Made by a program: the position numbers and the translations under genes | Origin: Marsupella aquatica | Lineage: Eukaryota > Plantae > Marchantiophyta | Direction: 5' to 3' | Assembly: GCA_973895155.1 (NCBI GenBank) | Contig: OZ316892.1 | Coordinates: 13,880,861 to 13,944,860, forward strand | Length of the DNA stretch: 64,000 bases | The notes under the pieces: generated by a model | Told to the model about the DNA's origin: nothing | Database searches by the model: none | Seen by the model: only the letters and a program-made list of their open reading frames with translations | In this document: one piece after another, positions 10,733 through 23,430 of the stretch | How positions within the stretch are numbered: position 1 is the stretch's first letter | Layout: each line of letters begins with the position of its first letter

Positions 10733-10905
10733 AGTTGTGGCACTTCAGATTGGATCAAATGAGTGAAAATATTTGGCTGTTTTTCAGAAAAAAGGATTAC
10801 TTTCTAATTTGCAATCTTGTAAGTTAGATTTCTGTGAGCATTGTGTGCTTGGAAAGCAACATAGAAAACCCTTCGGAGTTGGAACTCACAACAAGGAGGT
10901 ACTTG
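10733..10905 (+). pseudogene. Ty1/copia GAG-pre-integrase (HHCC) remnant
   Basis: KLWHFRLDQMSE / (frameshift) QKKGLLSNLQSCKLDFCEHCVLGKQHRKPFGVGTH matches the copia consensus LWHxRLGHMS…C-x2-C-x2-GKQ-x-R-x-x-F. Confidence 0.88.
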
Positions 10906-12711
10906 AGTACAATTACCTCCATCATTGTAATTATGTGAATACATGCCACTTTGAGCTCTCAAAGCAAGATCAGAAAATTGTGTGCCATTGCTTTTCCCAC
11001 AAACTTCACACTCAATTATGGCTTAGCAAAAGATGTTGTTGGTTCTTTTTTTCACCAACTAGAGCTTTGCTCACTGCTTGACACAAGATACAATTTTGTC
11101 CAATTGTTTTAATTTTTTCACTCATGTCTTTTATCTCCAAAAATAGTCAAATTTTAGAGACAATAAAATACTTGTTATCTGGAACATGTATGGAGATGTT
11201 GACAGAATACAGGGTGGATGGATAATTATGGGCAAAACATTGAATGGAAATTGGAACACTCTAGATGCTTCATTTTCCAGCAAAATCCAAAATAGAAGAA
11301 AGAGTGGAGGATCAAGAGTGACCATTTCCAGTATGTATTGAATTGAGCATTGAGAAAGAGCAATTAATCCGTGGACCCCCCATGTTATCTTAGAGGCAGT
11401 TATCTAGAAACTGAAGCCTAGATGGACCTCCAACTCCAAAGAAAAAATTCAAAAATGGACAAGTCAATGTTTGACACTTGAAACAGTTGCCAAACTTACC
11501 AAGGTAACCGTAATTAACATCAATCACAAAACCAGCTGCATTGTGAACTACTATTTAATGTGAGGGTAGCTTAATTGCCCACTTCAGCAAAACGGTGCTC
11601 GATGGGTTCCTCCACGGTACCAAGGGATGGCGGATGCACTCAAGTTGCATCAAAAGTAATCACTTTCAATTCCTAAACGCAGATAGACGAAGAGAGAGAA
11701 GTCATTGGTGTCATCAAATCATTAACTTTGCATAATCATTTAAGACAAAAAGTTTCATGGAAACAAATCTCCAATTGTGGAATTTGGAATGGATCGAAAG
11801 CTAGAGAAATTTAGAAACTCATGACCATTTTAGTACTTGATAAAATCTCTCAATGTTACACTCATTGGAAAGCTAAAGAACATTGGAAACTATAATCTAC
11901 GTACTCAAAACTCAACTAAATCTATCAATGTTAAGTTCATTAAAAAGCTAAAGAAATTCTAAAATTCATAATCTCTTTAGTACTTGATAAAATCTATCAA
12001 TTTTAGGTTCATTCTCATGGAAGGGGTCAACATTTCAGGGGTTGTACAACAAAGATTTCTATTCATGTTAGCGACTATGAAATCATGGGTAAAATCTATT
12101 TTCAAGATTATTTACTCGATTCTTACTGAATGATGACAATGTTGAGCTCATCACGACTGTCTCTTCAAGATCTTTCTAACGTCATATTATACGTGAGTTT
12201 TCATTATGATTTGACTCAACAATGTCAAATCAAAAATTGTTATTGGGAAAATTTTATGTTTTGAATAAAATCAAAATGTAAATAAAACAGGTATTGGGAG
12301 CAGTTTTACCTCAATCTTTTTGTCTTTTGATTTGCATGTCAGTTTTTTTTACATTCTTTTTTACGGCATGGCGTCCCAATTTTTACAGCAAACTTGCCAC
12401 AAACACGAATGCAAAAGTTTTAATTTTATCCAAAAACAAGTCTCTTCCTGTTTGCAGTGTGCCATGATGATGTGGCGCATTGTGGAGCCAGGAATTTTGA
12501 AAAGGACCCCTAATGGGGGTCCGTAAATATTTGCATCCATTGAAGCCTTCCTATAGTCTTGGGTTAATCCAAAACTATTGCAAAGAATATCATTGACACT
12601 CATCTAGGATCAAGAGGTGTGATCTAGAGATCTGCACCCATTCAAATTTAAAATTGCTCTCTACGGCTCTCGGGAGCAATGCACTGGTGAGTAGTAATGG
12701 GCTCATACCTG

Positions 12712-12714
<3 letters not shown>

Positions 12715-12754
<40 letters not shown>
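12715..12754. repeat. (CT)20 microsatellite
   Basis: Seen directly. Confidence 0.95.
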
Positions 12755-12756
<2 letters not shown>

Positions 12757-12847
12757 TTTGTCTCTTTTGCCCCGCTCCGTGTTGTGGCCCTTGTTTCCTC
12801 CTACTTGAGTCTTGCTAAGCAAAATAGCTAGGGGGTCCACAAACTAA

Positions 12848-13012
12848 TTTTAAGTCATCATTGGAACTCAGTCTAGCCACAAACTATCACCAAGAAAAAT
12901 AGTGGATCTTGATTAAAGTTTGAGCCTAGACTGAGTTCCAAATCAAGACTTAAAAATGTATTGATATTCCAACTTTAATCAAGAACAAGCCTCAGGAAGT
13001 CTAGGCTCAAAC
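12848..13012. repeat. Short nested inverted repeats (MITE-like)
   Basis: ttttaagtc…ggaactcagtctag pairs with ctagactgagttcc…gacttaaaa; tcttgattaaagtt pairs with aactttaatcaaga. Confidence 0.6.
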
Positions 13013-13039
13013 CAAAGTTTCAGCCCATTTGGTTGAGTA

Positions 13040-13065
13040 GGGGGGGGGGGGGTGGGGGGGGGGGG
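13040..13065 (+). repeat. Poly-G tract G13-T-G12
   Basis: Seen directly. Confidence 0.95.
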
Positions 13066-14472
13066 TGAATGAAAGGTGCAGGGATTCAAGTTGATTTTGG
13101 CTTCAACTTAGCCAGCCCATAAGTAACTTTTGACTCTTATATAATTGCTCTTTACCAATCTTCAAGTGACATCTAGGATAGATTTCACACTCGTTCCAAC
13201 TCTCACACACATTACCATTCTTGCTGCATGCATTATCATTTGGCACGCATTGCAACTTTCACATGACTGTGTTCAATATGCATCACCCACATATATGATT
13301 TTCACCATGATGGATCAATAAATATCAGTCTGTGGCTACAAATGGAAAATTATCTTAATATTTTATTGCATCTAGTACTATCCAAGTTTCTGTTTGAATT
13401 GCCATCAAAGAATGTCTATTATGTGTGCATACAAACCAGACATTTCCTTCACTTTTGTCACAGTCACGAGTATTTTCAATCCTCAAGGGTCTTACTTCCA
13501 CAAAAATGACCTATGCGTGCAACAAAGCACAGGGTCATTTTATAGGTTAATTATAGGGGAAGACTTATACATGCTTGCTTAAGAACTTTAGGGTTTTCTA
13601 AATCCAATTTTGAGACTTATAAGAACAGATAGGGTTTTAGGAACCAAAATTTGGAATATTCCAAATTAATAGGGTATACATTATCTAAAAATGTTGCAGG
13701 TGGCGTGGGGCCTCCAAATAGTGAGATCCTCGAGTTTCAATTGTTGCACAAGTGGTAAGGCACGTTACAAATTTTCATCATTGATAAGGAGAATCCAACA
13801 GACATGAATTAATTGATGACCTGAAATTTTCTCCAAATATCCAAATTTTCAAGAATATCTAACTGGACCCATAAACATTGGCATAAAATCTTGGCATTTA
13901 ATTTTCCAAAGAATTTCTTTTTCTTTCTTTGTACACTATTTACTGCATGATCTCAATTCTAGCTTTTTCTTTTTCCGAAACCCATTCAAGCTTGAAGGTA
14001 AGCTAAAGTTATTATTATGGACATTGTGGGCCATGATGTACTCTCAAAATTGGGCAAAAGCACTTGTTTTGGGGCAGTATATCACAAAATATCTAATCAA
14101 GACAACCTATTCAAAGTCTGTTTCTAAGCTGGGCCCTATCCTACCTCAAGTTTGCAATGATACATACAACTCGCCCAAGGTGCAAGAGTATATAGAAAAT
14201 TATCTCTCCTCCCTTATTGCACCTTCATCAGTCCTTTGACCTAATATTTAGATTTTTGTTATTATTTAATTTCATGTTGCCCAAGTAGACAAGGTCCATT
14301 TGTGGTAGTTTTAGTTCCTCTTTCTCGGTTTGTAGTGGTTTCCTTTTGCTCACTTCCTTTGCGTTTGGTTCTGTCCACTTGGGACCTCTTTTGTCTATTC
14401 TTTTGTACTCTGTTTCCCCTTTTCTATAAAAAGTTTGTGTATTTGAATTTAAAGTAGACAAGGTGCATCTTT

Positions 14473-14755
14473 CTTAAACCACACCTGCCACTATAAAACT
14501 CTCATTCCATGTCTCACTACTCACCATAAAAGGTGGAACAAATACTTGTCAAACCTTTTGTGTAATACTTGCCAAAAAAAGATTGAATACACCTTTTGTG
14601 AAATACTTGCCAAACCTTTTGTGGAATACTTGCCAAAGAAAGGTTCTGCAGTCAGCACCTTTTGTAGAGCTCAAAGTTCATTCTTGAATCTGTGCTCTTT
14701 ACAATGAGAGCTACGGGTTACCCGTAGCCCTTTATAGGGGCAGGTGTGGTTTAAG
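14473..14755. mobile_element. Small MITE-like element with ~25-bp inverted ends and internal atacttgccaaa repeats
   Basis: cttaaaccacacctgccactataaa pairs with tttatagggggcaggtgtggtttaag. Confidence 0.55.
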
Positions 14756-17700
14756 TCTAATATTGGATTTTGAATTTCTTGCCCCCTATTTCTTGCTGTC
14801 CCAGAGCTTTTTCTTCATCTATGTATTTGTTTTCCAATCTTGCACCCCATCCAGATCACAGTACGGCCCTGGAAACCAGGTTTGCCGAGCATTGTAGGGC
14901 TATAATATATGTCTAAAAAACAAGGGCGTTAGCCTAATATTATCATTGTACATAATGACCCAGTAACAAGGAGTCAAAACCATTTTATCCCCAAAAGACT
15001 TTCACTCCAGCCTACTATTTCTGGTTCTTTTCCTCCCTCCACACTTGAAGACAAACCAAAATATCATTCAAAATTCATACAAGTTCAAGTTTTGAACCAA
15101 GATGTTAGGCAAGAGAAAAGATTGTTGAATATAGTGGTGTCTTGTTCTCTGGCACCGGCTTGCTTGCCTTGTATTTTATTTTGGTGCAATCAGTCGCTGT
15201 TTTCCATTCTGGTCCTAGCTCACATGAATTGCATTTGTGACCTGTGTGTAGGGCAGAACTCTGATGACAACGACTCAGACAAGCAACTTGAAGAAACAGA
15301 GGATGAATTTTTAGATCGAGAGATGCACAGACAAGAAGAGAGCTTGAAGAGGAGACAATCAAGGAGAAAGAGGGTGGTCAGGAAGAAGATGGAAAAGTCC
15401 TGATGATAAGTCATCTCCATATCTTTATATGCACACTATTGGTATATGAAAAGTCCTTCATCTCGATAAGTCATCTCCAGTAAAGTTAGTGTAGTTTACC
15501 TCCATATCTTTATATGCACACTATTGGTATATGCTTTAAATCTCTATGTAGGTAGGCATGTATATTCCGACCATTAGGGGTACACTGAAGTGCCACACAC
15601 CCGGGCATGCACCTGCTGTCACAGCGTTATGAATGTCCAACCACTTAGAATCTGACTCGTGCGCCATCCTTCCACTTCCAATAGCAGATAAGTAGTACAG
15701 TCGCGCCATCCTTCCACTTCCAATAGCAGATAAGTAGTACAGTCTACGGTGTCTAAGTGCAGGCTCCCGTGAAGACACCCCAAACCTGCACTTATCCACA
15801 TTATGCACTATTGTCATAAGTGCATGGGCGTCGTTTATGCACTTCTCCACATGTGCATATCGCACTTTCCAATTAGGGCATGTGAAAATCACTTATGCAC
15901 TATGGCAAGTGTCTTGTCAGGTCATACACATTGGACTCATCATACCCAGAATACTCATACTGCAATGTAATTCAACTGGATAAGTACACCAAACTACCAT
16001 GTGTAGTTGTCCACTGCACTTATCAATAAATGCTTCTAGCATATGTGTTGTAATAATTGAATAATGCATGTGCACTCTTATAGACGGAAATGCGCTTATG
16101 TTTTTGTCGTTAGTGATGTTGACCTGCACTTACAGACAGCGCATTTTTAGTGCAGTTACAGAGAAAAATGTTGTAATATTAGGGGACTACACTACCGACC
16201 TGCCCTTACCCATGGAATGCACTTATCCATTGTAGACTGTATTCGGAGATTGTGTCTGTTTTCTTTTAACAACTAACATTATGTCTAAATTTCTGAAAGT
16301 TGTTTTTCATGTTGAATCATTTTAGGAGTGCTAGATCTGATAACCCAGAATTGCAAGTAATGGCATTCATCCAGATCCATTCCAAAGAGCTTCTTATGAC
16401 GTTGTAAGAAAAGCTCCTTGTTGAAAAATGGCATCTCTATTAAGGGCTGCTTTAAGCACCACTTAGAAAATTGTCAACCTCGACTGAGCACTACCTTCAG
16501 TATTGCAGAACTTCAAAATGGAGGTCCGACCATAATTCAAATCTATCATACTAGACCTATAAATTGTAATCTTAAACCATCTGGAGTTTTTCACTATAAT
16601 TGTGGTGGACAATGTACATTAGGGCTTTCCCTAATTTTTTTAATCTTGTATATTATATATTAGTTGCCTGGTTAGGTGATGTGTGTGGAGCCAGCCAGTA
16701 GACTGAGACTTAACCCGTCATAATTCTTTCACCAATACCCCACAGTTTTAAAGTAAAGGTATGGGCCATTCTCTTAGCACGTGCATAAAGCAGTCAGCTT
16801 AGTCGTCTATATTGTTTTAGATGTCTAGCCTGTTGCCAAGTCGTAGCCCAAGTCTAACTAGCTAAATTAAATATTTGGTTCAATTTTGTCCAGTGAGTAC
16901 ATAGTAAACTCCTTGATTAGCGCACACTTCATGTGTATCATTTTGCAACCACCCGTCTTTTTTCAAATGTCTTTGTGACCATCAGTGTCTCATCTACTGT
17001 AATAAAAATTAAAAAATATAAGAATGGGGGTTTCCCTCAAGGTAGTTGAGTGGCTTGAGGTCTCGCTTAAAAATATATGTACTCTCAGTGAATCAAGGAC
17101 AATAAACGTTGAAGGGGCCCAGAAGATGCTTTTGACGAAAGAATGACATAGATGGAAGGTTGATGTTATTTTACCCTTCCGAAAATTGACCTCAACGGCT
17201 TTGATTTTTGATGACTTTGTCCCTACACTCACAAAAAGAAATATAGGGTTGTTTGATGTACAGAGAGATCCTCAAGTGAGGACCCCACATGGCCACATGA
17301 GCAGGGAAGTCATGCTCATGTGGACTTAGTCGGATTGGTCATAAGTTGGACTCTTACTCTAGGCACACCCCAAGTAGGATTCGCCTTGGGCACACCTAAA
17401 CATTGCGTGCGGCAGTTTGAGTAGTAGATTCGCTTTGCAATTAGATTGATGACCATATCTGAGATCAAAAGGCAATCTCAATGATTTTTAATAGTACCAA
17501 TACAAAGTCAGCACTTTGAGGTTATGAAGAGAAACTTACACCAAAGTTTATAAATGAGCAAAAAAACAAAGTACAATGAAAGGGAACAAAAAGAGGTCCA
17601 AAGAGGACTTTGGCTACCATACTGGGGAAGGATGTTTACAAATCACTTCGTAACTGGATGACCATTGGTCAAGATCTTACACAGATATGTCAGTGAACCA

Positions 17701-19199
17701 ATATTTACAGACAAATTGTTGTCTTGCCCTTTCATGCAAAGCTTCATTCAATATTCACATTCTCATGTTCATTTTATGTCCAAATCAGCTTTTAAGTACA
17801 TTGCCACAAAAGGTGTTCCAATTTACAATAATGCCACTATTTATTGTATTTACAATTATGTCACAATTTTCAAGTATGGTTTCCCTGTTATGTTGGTGAA
17901 CTTGCAGTCCACATACAAAACCATGGCATATTTGTAGATACAAAAAGAAAGCATGGTATATTGTGAGTTAAAACATCTTTAGTGGCAAACTACTTAACAG
18001 TTGATGTCCAAATATGTGTAACCTTAGACTGGGATGGATGTTTCCATCCAAGTTTTCTAACTCTATATGAGATTCTAAAATACTCATTTGTATGAAAGTT
18101 GAACTTCTTCAGTCTAAAACTATGTTACCCCTTATATATATATATATTCTTACAAAGATCTCATGTCATAATCATGCCTTGGGAAAAAGAAGGTTTTGGA
18201 TGTAGACCACCGTTGTTTTGAGGGACAAAAGATTGCTAGATCCCACCCCTCTATAATGTATGAGTAACTTTTGGTGAAAAATCACTAGAGATTGTATAGT
18301 CCATTAGCTAGTTTCCCACCTAGCCAAAGATCCCCATTAGACTGAATATTTGATGGTCACAGACTATTGATTTCTAAGAAAACTATATAAGGAATATTAC
18401 TGCATCTTCTCCTTCACACCTGACAATAGCAACAGTAGAAAGAAAAAATAACCTTACAAAATTCGCTCATATATTGTAGATCCCAATAAAATTAATCCAT
18501 GAGAAATTCTCGCTGGACTGTTGGGGCAGCTCGTGTACGTTACTGCTGACTGGTAATAAAAAAGTCATTCCAGCGATGAAAAAAAGGATGGGAACTCACA
18601 TGATTGGGTTAGTTGGCTAGAGTAGAGGAATCATAAGCTCCCAGCTACAGGGATATAAGTCCTATAAAGCTGATCTAACAGAGCAAAACAACTGTCTAGT
18701 TCCCTCCAGCGGGGATCTTTGAAACCCAGATATTCAGGGGCCGAACTAGTGCCTAATTGCCATGGGCATGGGATTCTGCATTTCAGCACTCGGTAACTAT
18801 TCCCTCTGGACTCTAAATTGGTGCATCTCTAGGTAGACTATGTTTTTTCCTGGGTGGGACTTAGGGTGGCACTACGAGGGGTGGGGCCCATTTTTTGTTT
18901 GATTCCCTCCCATTCAAAGCTAAACCATAGTATAATGAGTTTATAGGAACTTGGGGCCCATTGAGTATGGTCCTACATTACAAATCATGGGCCCAAGTAT
19001 ATGTTGATTAAAATGCTTTACTTTTTCTAAATTTTTGGACCACCAACTCGAGGTGGTCCAAAAATTCCAGACTTTAGCTCCGTCATTCGAAGTGAATTCC
19101 ATTTTAAATGAGTTTTTGTCCGGAGTCTACCTCAAGTCAGGGGGGCCCTCCCGTTTATTTTGGTGAACAGAAGTCACAAATGTGTCCAAGTCTTGTAAA

Positions 19200-19425
19200 G
19201 TTTCCCTTAGCCTAGAACAAATTTCATTCCGGTAGAATTTTGGTCTCGAGGCTATCTTTCCAAAAAGTCTTCCTTAGGCAGCCTAGAACAAACTTCCTTG
19301 CACAAGATTTTGGTCTGAAGGGTATCTTTCGAAAAGGTCTCCCTTAGGCAGCCTAGAACAAACTTCATATCATGAGATTTTGGTGCAAAGTCTATCTTTA
19401 GAAAAAGTCTCCCTCAGATTTACCT
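19200..19425. repeat. ~70-bp degenerate tandem repeat, 3+ copies
   Basis: ccttaggcagcctagaacaaacttc…ttttggt…tatctttc recurs. Confidence 0.8.
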
Positions 19426-21669
19426 AGTTCTTTCACAATCATGTGGGAAACCTTATGATACCATAGGGGTCCATAGTCTTCGGTGCAGTTTGGGAGACCA
19501 GACCATAATTGTAGATGATGAGGTGAGGAATGTTATTGCTCAGATTCTCTCTTAGACTTCAGTTTGTTATGATGAGGTGAGGGATGCTATTGCTCAGTTC
19601 TCTTTGAGACTTCCTTTGGTTCACATGCTGTGAGAGGAGGTGCTTGATTCCCTGGTCCTCTACTACAGCAAATATGGGTTGATCTTACCGTGGTCAATGA
19701 TGACCAACAAACCATGACTGATGTTGTAGTGGTCAGTTCTTTGCACCAAGACATCATCAGGATAGCTGCAACAACAATAAGGGCAGCAGCAACACGAGCA
19801 ACAACAAAAAAGAGGCAAAATATGTTGTGTGCGCTTCATCCAATAACTTACTACCCCTTCCTGTGAGGTATTTGGGCGACTCCATCATCAGTTTGTTGTG
19901 TTTCTCTTACAGAGACCTGGTGCTCACAAACGTACAGGTGTCATTGGACCCCCACTCTCTATTTTGACAACACACTTTTTTTTAGCAAATTTTAGTGACA
20001 GTACAGCAAGTTCAAGCTTGAGCAATCTACTGTCAATCTCTCACCACGGTGCTAGTGTGCTTACACAATTGCTTGCCACTTAGAGTATATCCCTGTCCCA
20101 CTTGCAGATTTAGTTGCTACAATAGATTTAATTTGCACCACCTGCTCTTGACACATTTACTATAGATGCGGGCCATCAGCTCATCAGACTAATGAAGCTT
20201 TACTCTTTGTTGGAGTTTTTGGGGTAAGAAAGGGCATCTCCACCAGTGAGCAGCAGTGTGGCCTTTTACACAAAATTTAAATACTTGCCCTAAATTTGGT
20301 GTCCAATTCCCATAAGAAAGTGTGTGCACTTATCAGTAAATGCAATCTCATTGGATTATGTGCTTACTAATAAATGTACAATATTTCTTAGCTTGAGTAA
20401 AAAATACACTTATAAACAGTTTGCACTTATAAAATTATCATTTAGTTAAATAATTTCAGGTCTCTTTGGCCTTAGAAAAGATGAAAAAAAAGTCGAACTT
20501 TTTGTAAAATGAGAAGTAAGAAAGATTGCCTTTGTACATTGGAGCGAAGGCAAATTTTGTATAGAGAAGGATTGACAAGGTCAAGGATTAGGATTGTACT
20601 GAAAAATACATTATGCCACTGTATATACTTGCAAGTACAATGGGAAGATAGAGGGGAGAATCCATTGGCCTACTATTTAGAAAGTATCAAGGAAAAATCA
20701 ATTTTCTTTTTAATATTCTTTTTGCAAGTCTTTCTGTAGGGTTTGGTTAATTTTCCCTACTATACTAAATTTCTTTACATTTATTTCTTACGCAGAAACT
20801 ACAAATTAAAATAACTAACCACTGTCTTTCTGACACCGAAACTGCAAATTCAAATAACTAATCACTTTAAAAAAGGACGCAACTGAACAGATTTAGACAA
20901 AAGGAATATTTTTCACAATCTGACAAAAGGAAATCGTAGAGAAGACAGTATCTCAGAGAACGTTACTTCGATTAGGAACCGCCATAGCCGCTGTGCATTG
21001 ATATCCCGCTTTATTGTATTTTTACGAGACTGATTGCCTGATGCTCTACTTTCCGCAATCTGACAAAGGAAATTGTAGAGAAAACAGGATGTCAGACAGC
21101 GTTACTATTGTTCGAGACCGCCATCGCCGCATTCTCTGATGTGTATGTTTATGGAGACTAAATAATTGACTGACGATATTGAAGAATGCATGCATCCAGG
21201 GGCAACTAGCCCCATTTCTCGGGCACGGACAGTAATAATAGAATGGATCCTACACGGTCTTGTGAAGATGAGTGCAAAGCACTGCAGACGACCGATGAGA
21301 GACGGCTATAATTGAGCCCTTGTAGGACCATTGTTTTGTCCGATGTTATTGCATCCACGCCTTCTGCTGGGATTTCGCATTCCACAGCAATTAATAAAGG
21401 GACACTGCTCCTGTAAAGGCTTATTTCTAGCATTTTGTTCACGGTATACACATTGCATACTTGGCATCACACGCAAAACAGTACTGTTTAGATACAGCAG
21501 AAAAAGGACAGATACTGTTCACAGCATGTCATAGTGACAAACTACTTTTGTCTTTTTTGAGATCCTGAAGAAAACATCATTTCCTTGTTTGCACACGATA
21601 TAATGATAACAAGACAAAAACATACAGTGAAGAGAAAATCAATTTAATGCACTCCCAAGGTCAATGACC

Positions 21670-22955
21670 AAGTACTATTATTCTGGAGGACGGTTCCTGG
21701 AGAACTCATTTATGACTCTATAGAGGTCCCACCAAGGGCCCACTCTCATCTCTTATATTCTCTTACCACATCACCAATTCATTTCAAGAGTGAATTCATA
21801 TTACTTTCCGTCCTCTCCTCCATGAGCAACAGACTTGATGTGTCCTCTCCTCCATGAACAACAAATTGAAAGTGGAGTAACTTGACGGAACCAAACTCAC
21901 TTCTATCCTGCTAACCCTCCATTAACCCAAACGGCAATCGCGTAGTCGCCCAAAGTGATTTTGAGATCTTTACGTGAACTTTTTGAAGACATTCAGTGGC
22001 ATGTCTTCTTTCAAATGGCATTCTTTGAGATCATTCCGGGCCGGAGCGATATACTCATCTGCCCGGCGACTTCATTTTTCCCCTTAAGCAATTTACATGA
22101 ACCTGGAAGTCAAGTACGATAGATAGCTAGTCCCTCTTCCATGTTCTCGATGATTCCGCCACCACTTCCTCACATGGATTTAATTGGAGGAGGCTGGTAA
22201 AACAACAACATTTCTAAGAGAAGAATACCACATCTAGAGGCAGTGCAAGCTATTCTAAACGAGTACAGAGGTACGAGAATGCCCGACCATGGCGTAAGGG
22301 CAGACGGAGTGATCGGCCTCATAACTGTCAACTACATTACAACTGCCAACTGCATCTCGGTGCTAACAATCAGTTCCAATCAAAGGATCACGTAGTCATT
22401 CAAAGTTGCTTTCTCAAGCTCCACTGTCTCCTAAAATCAACCAAGTGAACAATTGTGATTCAGAAAACCCAAGAGGAGATGCGGCTGACGGATCAAAATG
22501 TTGCGAAACTGAGAAATGATGCCGCCAAAACTGCGTCTGCTTTTTTGTTTTCCATTTTTTGAACGAAGACATAATGTTGCATGTATTCAACAAAATTTGA
22601 ATGAAGACATGTCGGGGGATGTCTTCAAGAAGGGCGACAACCAGTGGTGAACGCTGCAGCGACCACAACCATGGCAATCATGGCCGCGGTGTCAGTCCTG
22701 GGTTTACTGTGGGTTAGACTGTGAACGGATGGGTTTGTGTTGGGTTGGGTTAAGAGATGGGGGTTCAGTTCTGTCGGAACTATGTATTTCTGTCAATTGC
22801 CTTTTGAGAACTCTGTTTGAGAAGTTACTTAACAAGGAAGGCATTTTACCAAATTTATTTGTTCTATGGGAATAGGAGTGAGTGGGCCCTTGGTGGGTCC
22901 TCTCAAGAGTCATTAATGAGTTTTCCAGGAACCATCTTCCAGAATGTACTATTGG
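21670..22955. mobile_element. Fold-back / Mutator-like non-autonomous element with long imperfect inverted arms (~350 bp)
   Basis: 21681-21755 is the reverse complement of 22872-22944; 21985-22018 pairs with 22595-22627. Confidence 0.75.
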
Positions 22956-23430
22956 TTAAATACTCTTTATTGACTATAACCCAAATACCTATGCATTAGA
23001 GATTTAGACAGAAGAAGGCAAGGCATATGATTCAGGTGATGAAAAGTGTCGAAACATGTTATGTGTGTAGTGTAATTGTCAAAGTGTTGTCAAGGAGGGG
23101 TGTGTAAACATTTTGACAATTACACTATGGCACAACACATAACACCTAAGGAGTGTAATTGTCAAAGTGTTGTCATTGGAGGGAGGGGGCACAAGAGGGG
23201 GTATCTTGGGATCAGGTATGCCTGCCCTACGCTCTGTGGAGGGAATATGTTTCTCTTATTTGGTCCCATTTATTTTCTTCATTTCTCTCATGCCATCCTT
23301 TCTTTTCCTTCCTCCCTCCAACATGATTTAAAATGAGAATAAAACACAGGGAAGAAACAACAAAACTATCCCAAGGAAAAATAAAATTCCCCTCCTTAGG
23401 GTTAGAAGGGAAAAACTACAAAGAGACCAT

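Noticed and set aside
17600-18260. Possible CACTA Tnp2 transposase remnant
   Set aside because: Only faint resemblance with no continuous motif; cannot be supported without a search
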